DNA of 64,000 bases from Candidatus Melainabacteria bacterium 17Bon1m (GTDB lineage: Bacteria > Cyanobacteriota > Vampirovibrionia > Obscuribacterales > Obscuribacteraceae): positions 96,001 to 160,000 of the forward strand of contig JAVLKG010000011.1 in the NCBI GenBank assembly GCA_032128875.1, given 5' to 3'. This document shows positions 9,590 to 19,927 of the stretch, one piece after another (positions within the stretch are counted from its first letter, which is position 1; every line of letters starts with the position of its first letter). Position numbers and translations under genes: made by a program. A model generated the notes under the pieces. The model saw nothing but the letters and a program-made list of their open reading frames with translations, was not told the DNA's origin and made no database searches.

Positions 9590-10183
9590 ATGGCAGACGA
9601 CCCCAAGCCTGAGAAGTCCGGTCAATCTGAATCGTTTCAGGGCGAAAAGAAGCCTTCTGTGAAAGATTTAGAGAAGAAACCAGATCTTGTCGCCAAAGAC
9701 GAAAAGTCGGCTGTTCCTCCTCTGCAACTGAAAAACCTGCCTTTGCCGGACTCTGCAACTACGCCTGAGGCTCCCAAAACAGGCATAGCTGCGCGCCGCT
9801 CTCGCTGGGAGAGCAGTTTTGCTGCAATCAGATACATCAATAGTCTTGGTCGCGATGAAGAAGTCAAAGTTCGCGACAGCGACCGTGCCACGACTATTTT
9901 TCTTTTACTTGCTTCGATTCTCACTGTTTTATCCCTTGTCATCAAGCCGTTTGCGGGCATGCGCCTGCAGTTTGTGCTGATTTGTGATCTGCTTGTTGGC
10001 GTAATGCTTATCTTCTATCTCGCCAATCGTTTTGGCATTATCAACACGCTAACGCCGCGCCAGGCTCTTTTGACGTGGCAGTTGATCATGGGCTCGGCAT
10101 TTCTGGGTATCTTCATGACAATCAATCTCGCCGTTGTAATTGGCTTGCTGATTGCTAATACATCTATCGACATCACTCGATAG
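9590..10183 (+). CDS. Hypothetical membrane protein (disordered N-terminus, ~3 TM helices)
   Basis: ATG 9590 after GAAGGA; the longer ORF-track start overlaps the tRNA and is spurious. Confidence 0.75.
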   Translation: MADDPKPEKSGQSESFQGEKKPSVKDLEKKPDLVAKDEKSAVPPLQLKNLPLPDSATTPEAPKTGIAARRSRWESSFAAIRYINSLGRDEEVKVRDSDRATTIFLLLASILTVLSLVIKPFAGMRLQFVLICDLLVGVMLIFYLANRFGIINTLTPRQALLTWQLIMGSAFLGIFMTINLAVVIGLLIANTSIDITR

Positions 10184-10340
10184 ACATTGTTAAAGAGAGC
10201 CTGTAGGAAAGGTTAATTCCCTGCATTCGCATGATAAAATCAGCGCCTGCACGCGGTTCTAAGGCTCTTGTTTGAATAAAACAAACCGGCCGGCCGTTGC
10301 CTTGTCACCCAATATATACAAACGGAACAGGTAATTAGAA

Positions 10341-11819
10341 ATGAAAGTCACCCTTGAAAGGGAAGGCAAGAACATAGTTCGTATGGGCTTGGAGCTTGAA
10401 TCCGACAAAGCTGACAAAGCTTATGAGCTGGCCTGCCGGCAGCTCGCGGGAAAGATCAATATCCCAGGATTTAGACGTGGCAAGGCGCCCCGCAATATTA
10501 TTGAAAAGACACTCGGCGTCGATTACATCAAGCGCGAAGCTCTCGAGCGTCTCGTGCCGGAATTGCTCACCAGAGCCATTCTTGACGAAAACCTCGACGT
10601 AATCACCGAGCCGGAAATCGACAACTGCGATTTCGAATTGGGTGCACCGCTCAAGCTCAATGCTAAATTCGAAGTTCGCCCGGAAGTGACACTTGGTCAG
10701 TATCTTGGTATTTCAGCTGAAGTTCCTGAAGCAGTAATGCCGGAAGATGCGCTCGACAAAGCATTGCAATCGGTTGCCGAATCTAAGTCTTCGATGGCTC
10801 CGGTACCGGATCGCGAAGTGAAGATGGGTGACACTGTATTGATGGACTTCGAATGCAAAGTAGATGGCGAAGTCGTCGAAGGCGGCAAGGCTCAAGGACT
10901 TTTGCTCGAACTGCGTGAAGGCGCATTCCTGGAAGGCTTCTGCGAGCAAGTCGTAGGCAAAATGCCGAACACTGATTTTGAAGTCGAAGCGAAATTCCCA
11001 CCAACTTACAGAAACAAGGAGCTGGCTGGAAAAGACGCTAAGTTCAGTGTTTCCCTCAAAGAAATCAGAGAGCGCACCATTCCTGATGTGAATGAAGAAC
11101 TCGCCAAGGAAGTTGGATACGAAAATCTCGATCAACTCAAAGATTTCCTCAAAGAGCGCATTCAAGAAGAGATCAAGCAAGAAAACGACATGCGTTCGCA
11201 ACGCGCAGTAGTCGATGCTGTGGTCGCTCAAGCCAAAGTAGATATTCCCGAAACCATGATCGAGCGCGAACAACAGCTCCTCATGCACCAGCTCAAGCGC
11301 TACTTCGAGCAAACCGGCCAACCGTTCGAAGAATTCGAGCGCTCCGAAGAGTTCAAAGGTGTGAAGGATTCGAAGTTCGAAGAAGCCAAACAACGCGTTT
11401 TGACCAGCTTGGTTCTTGGTGCCGTCGTCAGACAAGAAAAAATGACTGTCCAGGACGAAGAGATGACGCCGTATATCGCTGAGTTGGTTCAGCGCTATCA
11501 AGTGCCTGTCGAGCAAGTTGCACGCAACGAAGAAGTGCGCCGTCAGATCATGGAAGAAGTCTTGACTAACAAAGTTGTTGAATACTTGGTCAGCAAGGCA
11601 AATATCAAATTCGTAGAAGAACCGGCTCACGAGCATGGTCCTGGCTGCGATCATGACCACGAGCACGGCAAAGAAGATAAGGCGAAAGCAAAGGCAGACA
11701 AGAAACCTGAAGCTAAGAAAGAAGCCGAAGCGGATGCGGAAAAGAAGCCCGCTAAAAAGGCAGAAGCCAAGGAAGAAGAGAAGCCTAAAGAGAAAGCCGG
11801 CAAAAAAGGCAAATCCTAG
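10341..11819 (+). CDS. tig: Trigger factor with His/Cys-rich and Lys/Glu/Ala-rich C-terminal extension
   Basis: IPGFRRGKAP ribosome-binding motif; FKBP-like middle domain; lies upstream of clpP. Confidence 0.95.
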   Translation: MKVTLEREGKNIVRMGLELESDKADKAYELACRQLAGKINIPGFRRGKAPRNIIEKTLGVDYIKREALERLVPELLTRAILDENLDVITEPEIDNCDFELGAPLKLNAKFEVRPEVTLGQYLGISAEVPEAVMPEDALDKALQSVAESKSSMAPVPDREVKMGDTVLMDFECKVDGEVVEGGKAQGLLLELREGAFLEGFCEQVVGKMPNTDFEVEAKFPPTYRNKELAGKDAKFSVSLKEIRERTIPDVNEELAKEVGYENLDQLKDFLKERIQEEIKQENDMRSQRAVVDAVVAQAKVDIPETMIEREQQLLMHQLKRYFEQTGQPFEEFERSEEFKGVKDSKFEEAKQRVLTSLVLGAVVRQEKMTVQDEEMTPYIAELVQRYQVPVEQVARNEEVRRQIMEEVLTNKVVEYLVSKANIKFVEEPAHEHGPGCDHDHEHGKEDKAKAKADKKPEAKKEAEADAEKKPAKKAEAKEEEKPKEKAGKKGKS

Positions 11820-12046
11820 ATAGATACCGGTTTTCGCCAAGATCTAGTAAGATTGCGATTTAATGCCGCTTTTTTAGCAGGCATTGGATAATATCGTTGT
11901 ACTTTTTTGCACCCTTACTCACGTGCATCTGTTTGGCAGACAATTAGCTATATACGGCTAGTTCTTAAAGTCTGAAAATTCGTGCTAACGTGATGTTAAG
12001 CAATAAAAATAACTAGTAATTTGAACAACAATTTGGAAGGAAGAAA

Positions 12047-12724
12047 ATGTCGATAAAGCGTCCATCAAGGAATGATGTGTATGAACTCTGGAGCGAGACT
12101 CCGGCAGCACAATCGCCCATGTCCTATTACCCCCCCACAGTTATCGAAACTACCGCCAGGGGCGAGCGCGCTTTTGACATCTTTTCGAGACTGCTTCGTG
12201 AGCGCATCATCTTCTTGGGCATGCCCATTGATGACGCCGTTGCGAATTTAATCGTTGCTCAATTGCTTTTGTTGGAAGGCGAAGATCCGGAAAAAGATAT
12301 ACGTCTATACGTAAACTCGCCAGGTGGCTCGGTTACAGCTGGTCTTGCCATCTATGACACCATTCAACATATACGTTCCGATGTTTCAACGATTTGTTTA
12401 GGACAAGCTGCCTCGATGGGAGCTTTTCTACTGGCTGCTGGGTCTAAGGGAAAGAGATTGGCACTGCCACATGCTCGTATCCTGATCCACCAACCGTTGG
12501 GCGGAGCGCAAGGACAAGCAACCGACATCGAGATTCAGGCGCGCGAAATTCTTCGCATCAAGCGTCAGCTCAATGAGCTTCTTGCGCATCACACCGGTCA
12601 GACAGTTAAACAAATTGAAAAGGATACAGACCGAGATAATATAATGACAGCTGAGGAAGCCAAGGAGTATGGTCTAGTAGATGAAGTGATTGCCAGGGTA
12701 GAACCTGCACTTTCAGCCGTTTAG
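12047..12724 (+). CDS. clpP: ATP-dependent Clp protease proteolytic subunit
   Basis: [40 protein letters not shown]. Confidence 0.97.
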   Translation: MSIKRPSRNDVYELWSETPAAQSPMSYYPPTVIETTARGERAFDIFSRLLRERIIFLGMPIDDAVANLIVAQLLLLEGEDPEKDIRLYVNSPGGSVTAGLAIYDTIQHIRSDVSTICLGQAASMGAFLLAAGSKGKRLALPHARILIHQPLGGAQGQATDIEIQAREILRIKRQLNELLAHHTGQTVKQIEKDTDRDNIMTAEEAKEYGLVDEVIARVEPALSAV

Positions 12725-12814
12725 GCAATACAACCAGAATTCTGGGCACCGCCTCGAAATTATAGAAAAACCTATATAACAGACCGCCGGAAACACCTAA
12801 TAGAAGGACAACAG

Positions 12815-14113
12815 ATGCCAAAGCAGTCAGACAACCGTCTTAAGTGCTCATTCTGTGGAAAGAGTCAGGATCAGGTCAAAAAACTGATTGCTGGGCCGGG
12901 TGTGTATATATGCGACGAATGCGTCGACCTCTGCAACGAGATTCTCGATGAAGAGCTCTTCGACGGCGCGCCGCAACCTGCTGCGTCCGAGGCGGTGCTT
13001 CCAAACCTGGTAGATATACCGAAGCCGCAAGAGATTAAGAGCTTCCTTGATCAGCACATTGTTGGTCAGACTTCAGCTAAGAAGATCCTGTCGGTAGCTG
13101 TGTACAACCACTACAAGCGGATTAGCCACAATTCGGAGATGTCCGAGCAAGTGGAAATCCAAAAGTCCAACATCTTGCTCATTGGTCCGACCGGATGCGG
13201 AAAGACCCTGTTGGCTCAGACTTTAGCTAAATTGCTGGATGTTCCGTTTGCAGTTGCTGACGCAACCACTCTTACGGAAGCCGGCTATGTTGGCGAAGAC
13301 GTAGAAAACATCTTGCTGCGTCTTTATCAAGCTGCCGACTACGACATTAAGAAGGCAGAGCGCGGAATTATCTATATCGATGAAATCGACAAGATTTCTC
13401 GTAAGTCTGAAAACACTTCGATCACGCGTGACGTGTCAGGTGAAGGTGTTCAGCAAGCGCTCTTGAAGATGATTGAAGGAACGGTCGCCAACGTACCGCC
13501 ACAAGGTGGACGTAAGCACCCGCACCAAGAGTTCATCCAAATCAATACAGCCAATATCCTCTTTATTTGCGGCGGCGCATTCGTTGGTCTAGACAAGATT
13601 GTCGAAGCTCGGGTGTCCTCCAACCGCAATATTGGTTTCGGCTCCGATCGCCCGCTTACAGCTTGGGAGCGCGAGCTCAAAGCCAGCAAGATTCTCAAAG
13701 ACACAGCGCCGGACGATTTGCTCAAATTCGGCTTGATTCCCGAATTTGTCGGACGTATGCCTGTTATCGCCGTGCTCGAATCGCTTGATGAAGAAGCACT
13801 CGTCAAAATTCTTGTCGAGCCGAAGAATGCCATTCTCAAGCAGTATCAGCAATTGCTGCATCTGGATGGTGTTGACCTCAAATTTGACCAGGAAGCCATT
13901 ACCGCTGTCGCTGAAGAAGCAATTAAGCGGAAGACAGGTGCCAGAGCCCTTCGCGCGATTGTCGAGGAAATAATGCTCGACATCATGTATGAAGTGCCAT
14001 CGAGAAGCGATATCAAGGCAGTTCACATTACAAAAGAACTCGTCGAAAAACGCTCCACGGCAGAGCTTCTCCAGTTGCCAAATAAGACAAAGCCTAAAGG
14101 AGAGATTGCCTGA
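12815..14113 (+). CDS. clpX: ATP-dependent Clp protease ATP-binding subunit ClpX
   Basis: CSFCGK...CDECVDLC zinc finger, [19 protein letters not shown] loop. Confidence 0.97.
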   Translation: MPKQSDNRLKCSFCGKSQDQVKKLIAGPGVYICDECVDLCNEILDEELFDGAPQPAASEAVLPNLVDIPKPQEIKSFLDQHIVGQTSAKKILSVAVYNHYKRISHNSEMSEQVEIQKSNILLIGPTGCGKTLLAQTLAKLLDVPFAVADATTLTEAGYVGEDVENILLRLYQAADYDIKKAERGIIYIDEIDKISRKSENTSITRDVSGEGVQQALLKMIEGTVANVPPQGGRKHPHQEFIQINTANILFICGGAFVGLDKIVEARVSSNRNIGFGSDRPLTAWERELKASKILKDTAPDDLLKFGLIPEFVGRMPVIAVLESLDEEALVKILVEPKNAILKQYQQLLHLDGVDLKFDQEAITAVAEEAIKRKTGARALRAIVEEIMLDIMYEVPSRSDIKAVHITKELVEKRSTAELLQLPNKTKPKGEIA

Positions 14114-14173
14114 GGAAGAAATTTCTCTCGGCACGCCGTACAATCTATAGTCCGTTAAGGCGCTTGAGGCAGT

Positions 14174-16579
14174 ATGGCCGTTTTGAGCACAACTTCTTTT
14201 TCGCTGATTCCTTTGAGGGACGTTGTTGTTTTTCCTCAAATGGTTCAGGCACTCTTTGTTAGCCGTCCGAAATCAATTGCCGCTCTCGAGCAAGCTTTGC
14301 TGCGCGACGATCGGCTGGTAGTTTTGGTCGCTCAAAAAGACCCTGAGTGCGAGAATCCCAAAGAAGAGGACATCTACCAACTCGGCACGCTGGCTGAAGT
14401 CATGCAGATGTTAAAACTGCCCGACGGCACCGTGAAAGCGCTTGTCGAAGGCTCCTGCCGCGTCACGCTCGACAAAGTTATTGATGATCCTGAGCACTTC
14501 TCTGCAGTTGTGACAACGCAAGACGAAGTGATCCAAGAAGACGAATCGACAAAGACTCTGGTCAGAGTAGCTGTTGAGAAGTTCGAGCAGTACGTTAAAA
14601 CCACCAAGAAAATCAATCCGGAAAGCTTGCTTGCTGTCTCTGGCATCGGACAACCAGGGCGCCTGGCGGATATCATCGCCACTTACCTGGGGCTTGATCT
14701 TGCCGAGCGTCAAAAGTGTCTCGAGATCATTGATGCTACCGAGCGCCTAGAGTTTGTCAGCCAGCTGCTTTCAAGAGAATTGGAGTTTGCTGAATTAGAA
14801 CAGCAAATTCATGATCGTGTTCGTTTCAACCTTGAAAAGACCCAGCGCGAGTACTATTTGCGCGAAAAAATCAGGATTATTCAAGATGAGCTGAACGCCG
14901 AAGGCGAGCAGCAAGGTGAGATTGCTGAGTATAAGCAGAAGATCGCCAAGGCTAAGATCACCGGTGTTGCGTTGGAAAAGGCGCAGAAAGAACTTTCGCG
15001 CCTTGAAAAAATGATGCCTCAGAGCGCTGAGGCTGCGGTTATTCGCACGTATTTAGACACTATTGTTTCTTTGCCCTGGTCGAAGCGTTCGCGCGAAGTC
15101 ATCGACTTGGAGCGGGCCGATGAGATTCTAGAAGAAGACCACTATGGGCTCGACAAGGTCAAAGAGCGCATTATCGAATACCTGGCTGTGCGCAAACTTT
15201 CCCGCCAGGCTCAAGGAACGATTCTTTGTCTGGTCGGACCACCGGGTGTCGGTAAAACCAGTCTGGTCAAGTCAATTGCTCGCAGCATGAATCGTAAGTT
15301 TGCTCGCATTAGTTTGGGTGGCGTCAATGACGAAGCCGAAATCCGCGGACATAGACGCACTTACATCGGCGCCATGCCGGGTCGTATTATTCAAGCGATC
15401 AAACAATCAGGGACAAAAAACCCTGTTATCTTGCTTGATGAAGTCGAGAAGATGACACGCAGTTATATGGGCGATCCTACGGCTGCCATGCTGGAAGTTC
15501 TCGATCCTGATCAGAATATTGACTTTACTGATCACTATTTGGATGCGCCATTCTCACTGGCCGAAGTGATGTTCGTCGCTACCGCTAATACGTTGGATTA
15601 TGTTCCAAGACCGCTCCACGACCGTCTCGAGGTCATTCATATCTCCGGTTATACCGAAGAAGAGAAGGTCGCCATTGCGGAGCAGCATGTCATTCCTAAG
15701 ACGCTCGAAAAGCATGGTCTGACCAATAAGCAATTGAAATTCCAAGATGCTTCGATAAGAAAAATCATTCAGGAATACACTCGCGAAGCTGGTGTCCGTG
15801 CGCTTGAGCGCTGTATTGCTACAGTGGCAAGAAAAGTCGCTACGCACATAGTTAAGAAGAAAGATGCGACCGTGAAAGTAACACCGAATCTGGTGCCTAC
15901 TTATCTGGGTCCGCCCAAAGTCGTGCGTGAAGGTGAGGTTCGCGGACCGCAAATCGGCATTGTCACCGGGCTTGCCTGGACAGAGATTGGCGGTGAGACC
16001 CTTTCGGTTGAGGTAAATATCATGCCCGGCAAAGGCAAACTGCAATTGACCGGACAATTGGGCGACGTAATGAAAGAGTCTGCTCATGCGGCTTTCAGCT
16101 ATGTGCGCAGCCATGCATCCAAGCTCAATCTCAATGCCAATTTTCACGACGAAATCGACATTCACGTGCATATACCAGAAGGCGCCATTCCTAAAGACGG
16201 TCCTTCTGCCGGCATTGCACTGGCAACGGCAATGCTCTCAGCCGTTTCAAAACGCGCTGTAAGGTCTTCCCTGGCAATGACAGGTGAAATCACTCTTAGA
16301 GGGCGAGTGCTGCCTATAGGCGGGCTTAAGGAGAAGGTTCTGGCGGCTCTGCGGCAGGGGATCAAAACCGTTCTTTATCCCAAAGGCAATGAAAAAGACC
16401 TCAGTGAAATTCCTGACTATGTTCAAAAGCGCATAGAACTTGTCCCCGTGGCACATTTGGACGAAGTCTTCAAAATTGCTTTCACCGACAATTCGAAAAA
16501 TCCACCGCAAGGAAAATCGCGCGCTGTTCAACGCGTGGTTGCTAAGAGGGGCGCTAAGAGAAGCGCAAAACGTTCGTAG
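14174..16579 (+). CDS. lon: Lon protease (LonA)
   Basis: [26 protein letters not shown] (catalytic Ser), IGGLKEK (catalytic Lys). Confidence 0.97.
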   Translation: MAVLSTTSFSLIPLRDVVVFPQMVQALFVSRPKSIAALEQALLRDDRLVVLVAQKDPECENPKEEDIYQLGTLAEVMQMLKLPDGTVKALVEGSCRVTLDKVIDDPEHFSAVVTTQDEVIQEDESTKTLVRVAVEKFEQYVKTTKKINPESLLAVSGIGQPGRLADIIATYLGLDLAERQKCLEIIDATERLEFVSQLLSRELEFAELEQQIHDRVRFNLEKTQREYYLREKIRIIQDELNAEGEQQGEIAEYKQKIAKAKITGVALEKAQKELSRLEKMMPQSAEAAVIRTYLDTIVSLPWSKRSREVIDLERADEILEEDHYGLDKVKERIIEYLAVRKLSRQAQGTILCLVGPPGVGKTSLVKSIARSMNRKFARISLGGVNDEAEIRGHRRTYIGAMPGRIIQAIKQSGTKNPVILLDEVEKMTRSYMGDPTAAMLEVLDPDQNIDFTDHYLDAPFSLAEVMFVATANTLDYVPRPLHDRLEVIHISGYTEEEKVAIAEQHVIPKTLEKHGLTNKQLKFQDASIRKIIQEYTREAGVRALERCIATVARKVATHIVKKKDATVKVTPNLVPTYLGPPKVVREGEVRGPQIGIVTGLAWTEIGGETLSVEVNIMPGKGKLQLTGQLGDVMKESAHAAFSYVRSHASKLNLNANFHDEIDIHVHIPEGAIPKDGPSAGIALATAMLSAVSKRAVRSSLAMTGEITLRGRVLPIGGLKEKVLAALRQGIKTVLYPKGNEKDLSEIPDYVQKRIELVPVAHLDEVFKIAFTDNSKNPPQGKSRAVQRVVAKRGAKRSAKRS

Positions 16580-16628
16580 GGGCGGTGCATGCGCCGCCCT
16601 GCCAGGGAGCCGCATGCGGCTCACGTAC
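16576..16628. repeat. REP-like doublet palindrome, copy 2 (its GTAG overlaps the lon stop)
   Basis: GTAG-GGGCGGTGCATGCGCCGCCC-TGCCA-GGGAGCCG-CATG-CGGCTCAC-GTAC. Confidence 0.8.
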
Positions 16629-16756
16629 GTAATGAACGGAATTAGGCCGAATTGGCTACAGGGGTACCCCTTTGAAGCAAATTGCCTTATCGCGTTAGAA
16701 AAAAATGGCGAGACGCCGCAGACGGGGTTGCGATGCTTGTCAATTACCGCGAGAAT

Positions 16757-16796
16757 ACTAAATATGGCGGGTTACGCCATTTTTAGTTGATATGAT
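16757..16796 (+). promoter_or_regulatory. Inverted repeat (putative operator) next to an extended -10 element, upstream of the aminotransferase operon
   Basis: ACTAAATATGGCG-N5-CGCCATTTTTAGT then TGA-TATGAT; extra half-site AAAAATGGCG at 16701-16710. Confidence 0.45.
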
Positions 16797-16895
16797 CAGC
16801 GTGCTATTTGGGTACCTCAAGCCCCGTGTCTGCTTCTTTTGGAGCCATGCGGGTCGGGGGGATGTTCATCCTGCACGCGCATATAGGAGCTCTCC

Positions 16896-18197
16896 ATGGT
16901 AATGACCGATACGACCAACAAAAATCTTTCCTACCTCGCAATGGATGACGAATTCGTCAATCCAGTATTAGCGCGTTCTGCACGCATTGTCGCTCAAAAA
17001 GCAAAAGGCTCATACATCTATGACCGCAACGGAGATGCCTACCTCGATCTCACTACCGGTATCGCTGTAAACAACGTCGGACACTGCCATCCTAAAGTAG
17101 TAGAAGCTGTTAAAAAGCAATGCGAAGAGCTCATTCACACTTCTGTTGTTGTGCACCACGAGCGCTATATCGAGCTCGCCAAGAAAGTTGTCGAGATCAC
17201 TCCTAAGACTCTCAACTCTGCATTCTTTGCAAACTCCGGTGCTGAAGCCGTTGAAGGCGCAGTCAAACTGGCCCGCTACGTGACCGGACGTCCTGCCATC
17301 ATCAATTTCCGCGGTTCTTTCCACGGACGTACATTCATGACGATGGCGCTGACCACATCGAAGCTCTACTACCGTGAAAACTATGAGCCGCTTCCGGGCG
17401 CTATTCACACGGCTCTATTCCCGTACGAATATCGCTCGCACTACAAAGGCGACACCAAGAAAGTTATCCAAGAGTCTCTCGAATACATCGACATGCTCTT
17501 CCATCAATTCATCAACCCTGCGCAAGTCGCAGCGTTCATCATCGAACCGATTCTCGGAGAAGGCGGCTATGTGCCGGCTCCGGAAGGCTTCATCAAAGAA
17601 TTGCGCAAGTTGGCTGACGAGCATGGCATCATGCTCATCATCGATGAAGTGCAAACAGGTTTTGCCCGCACCGGCAAAATGTTCTGCATCGAGTACGAAG
17701 GCGTCGAGCCGGACATCCTTGTTATGGCAAAAGGAATCGCAGGCGGCATGCCGCTTTCCGGTTTCGTATCCAGAAGAGACATCACCAACAAGTGGCCAGC
17801 AGGCCGCCACGGAACCACCTTCGGTGGCAACCCTGTTTCGTGCGCCGCAGCGCTGGCAACTATCGAAGTAATCCAGGAAGAAAAGCTTGTTGATCGCTCG
17901 GCCAAATTGGGTGCCGACATCATGAAGCGTATGAAGAAGTTCCAAGAGAGCAACAAGCACCTCGGCGATGTCCGCGGTAAAGGCTTGATGATCGGTCTGG
18001 AATTCAATGATGAGAAAGGCAACCCCAGCAAGGAAATTGCCGATCAAGTCGCTGCAAAATGCCTCGAGCAAAAAATGATCGTGTTGACCTGCGGACAGCA
18101 AGGTCAGGTTATTCGCTTGATTCCGCCGCTCAACATCTCTGATGCGGATGCGGAAAAAGCATGCGACATCCTCGAAAAGGCGATGACGCTCAAGTAA
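16896..18197 (+). CDS. Class III PLP aminotransferase (GabT/DavT-like 4-aminobutyrate or 5-aminovalerate aminotransferase)
   Basis: NSGAEAVEGA, FHGRT, EPILGEGG, DEVQTGFARTG, MAKGIAGG, TTFGGNP. Confidence 0.88.
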   Translation: MVMTDTTNKNLSYLAMDDEFVNPVLARSARIVAQKAKGSYIYDRNGDAYLDLTTGIAVNNVGHCHPKVVEAVKKQCEELIHTSVVVHHERYIELAKKVVEITPKTLNSAFFANSGAEAVEGAVKLARYVTGRPAIINFRGSFHGRTFMTMALTTSKLYYRENYEPLPGAIHTALFPYEYRSHYKGDTKKVIQESLEYIDMLFHQFINPAQVAAFIIEPILGEGGYVPAPEGFIKELRKLADEHGIMLIIDEVQTGFARTGKMFCIEYEGVEPDILVMAKGIAGGMPLSGFVSRRDITNKWPAGRHGTTFGGNPVSCAAALATIEVIQEEKLVDRSAKLGADIMKRMKKFQESNKHLGDVRGKGLMIGLEFNDEKGNPSKEIADQVAAKCLEQKMIVLTCGQQGQVIRLIPPLNISDADAEKACDILEKAMTLK

Positions 18198-18246
18198 ACA
18201 AAGTATCTGGTATGCCCGTTAATCGACAACACTCCAGGAGAAAGTC

Positions 18247-19797
18247 ATGACCTCATCTACAAAGAGCCCAGAGAGCGCGCCTTCGAAGGCTGGCTCTCCG
18301 CGCACCTATCACAACTACATCGATGGTAAGTGGGTAAAGGCAGAAACAGGCGAAACCTTCGCTAGCTACAACCCGGCTAACTTGACCGAAGTAATCGGTC
18401 ACTTCGCATCATCGACTCCTAATGACGTGAAAGCTGCTGTTGATGCTGCTCAAAAAGCACTCTACGGCTGGCGTCATACTCCAGCTCCTGCACGTGCCGA
18501 CATTATTTTGAAAGCCGCATACTTGCTGGAAAGCCGCAAAGAAGAAATCGCAACCACAATGGTTCGCGAAATGGGCAAAGTGCTCAAAGAAGCTCGTGGC
18601 GACGTTCAAGAAGCGATCGACATGGCTAAGTACATGGCTGGCGAAGGACGCCGCTTGATGGGTCAAACGGTTCCATCCGAAATGCCCAACAAGTTCGCAA
18701 TGGCAATCAGACAGCCGATCGGCGTTGTCGGTTTGATCACTCCATGGAATTTCCCAGTCGCAATTCCTTCGTGGAAGATGTTCCCCGCACTCGTTGCCGG
18801 CAACACCGTTGTTTTCAAACCCGCAACCGATACGCCACTTTGCGCATTAATGTTGGTTGAAGTTCTCATCGAAGCAGGACTCCCGCCGGGCGTTCTCAAT
18901 TTTGTCACCGGCATGGGCGCTAAAGTTGGTATGGCTCTCGTCGACGATCCTCGTGTCAAAGCTATCTCTCTAACCGGCTCGACCGAAGTTGGTCGTCGCG
19001 TCGCAGGACGTTGCGGCGAATTGATGAAGAAAGTCAGCTGCGAATTGGGCGGCAAAAACGCAATCTGCGTTATGCCGGATGCCGATATCGAGTTGGCTGT
19101 AGAAGGCGCTGTCTGGGGAGCTTTCGGCACTGCCGGACAACGTTGTACAGCAGCCAGTCGCTTAATCGTTCACAGTGATGTCTACAAGAAATTCACTGAT
19201 GCATTTGTTGCTCGCACCAAAGAACTCAAGCTCGGTTTTGGTCTCGATCAAGACGTCACCGTTGGACCTGTCGTAAACAAGAGCCAATTGGAAAGCATCA
19301 ACGAATACGTTCAAATCGGCAAGAAAGAAGGCGCCAAGCTGCTTTGCGGTGGCAACATCGTGACTGAAGGCGAACTCAAGAATGGTTGCTTCCACGAGCC
19401 CACCGTATTTGGTGATGTAAAACCAACCATGCGTATTGCTCAAGAAGAAATCTTCGGACCTGTGACTGCAATCATCAAAGTCGACAGCTTCGAAGAAGCA
19501 ATCGAAGTAGCCAACGGCACTGAATTCGGTCTCTCGCTCTCGATGTACACACGTGACGTTCACCAAGCCTTCAAAGCAATTGAAGAATTGGAGTCCGGCA
19601 TTGTCTACATCAACGCTCCTACCATCGGCGCTGAAATTCAGTTGCCATTCGGTGGCGTCAAGCAAACCGGTAACGGTCACCGCGAAGCAGGCACCACTGC
19701 TATCGAACAATTCACCGAGTGGAAAGCTATCTACATCGACTACTCCGGTCAATTGCAAAAAGCACAGATCGACAATCATCCGACCAAGAAGAAGTAG
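18247..19797 (+). CDS. NAD(P)-dependent aldehyde (semialdehyde) dehydrogenase
   Basis: PWNFP, LTGSTEVG, ELGGKN, GQRCTA, EEIFGP. Confidence 0.92.
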   Translation: MTSSTKSPESAPSKAGSPRTYHNYIDGKWVKAETGETFASYNPANLTEVIGHFASSTPNDVKAAVDAAQKALYGWRHTPAPARADIILKAAYLLESRKEEIATTMVREMGKVLKEARGDVQEAIDMAKYMAGEGRRLMGQTVPSEMPNKFAMAIRQPIGVVGLITPWNFPVAIPSWKMFPALVAGNTVVFKPATDTPLCALMLVEVLIEAGLPPGVLNFVTGMGAKVGMALVDDPRVKAISLTGSTEVGRRVAGRCGELMKKVSCELGGKNAICVMPDADIELAVEGAVWGAFGTAGQRCTAASRLIVHSDVYKKFTDAFVARTKELKLGFGLDQDVTVGPVVNKSQLESINEYVQIGKKEGAKLLCGGNIVTEGELKNGCFHEPTVFGDVKPTMRIAQEEIFGPVTAIIKVDSFEEAIEVANGTEFGLSLSMYTRDVHQAFKAIEELESGIVYINAPTIGAEIQLPFGGVKQTGNGHREAGTTAIEQFTEWKAIYIDYSGQLQKAQIDNHPTKKK

Positions 19798-19806
19798 TTA
19801 GAAGTG

Positions 19807-19840
19807 AAACTCTCGCCCGGGATGTCTCGGGCGAGAGTTT
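19807..19840 (+). terminator. Long intercistronic hairpin (partial terminator or mRNA stabiliser)
   Basis: AAACTCTCGCCCGGGA-TG-TCTCGGGCGAGAGTTT, 16-bp stem with one G-U. Confidence 0.6.
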
Positions 19841-19927
19841 CTAAAACTAGATTTGAAACAGAATCTGCCCAGCCCAAGCGGCTTTTACTTACAAAGCAAA
19901 ACTAAATAGAAACGCGGAGAATAGGAT

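Noticed and set aside
10713-11840. Long antisense ORFs (also 1569-2447, 17415-18101, 47058-47990, 49152-49964 and others)
   Set aside because: They mirror well-supported genes on the other strand and are explained by codon bias; no recognisable motifs
16630-16890. Lysine riboswitch upstream of the aminotransferase operon
   Set aside because: The conserved 5' AGAGGYGC and other core motifs were not found
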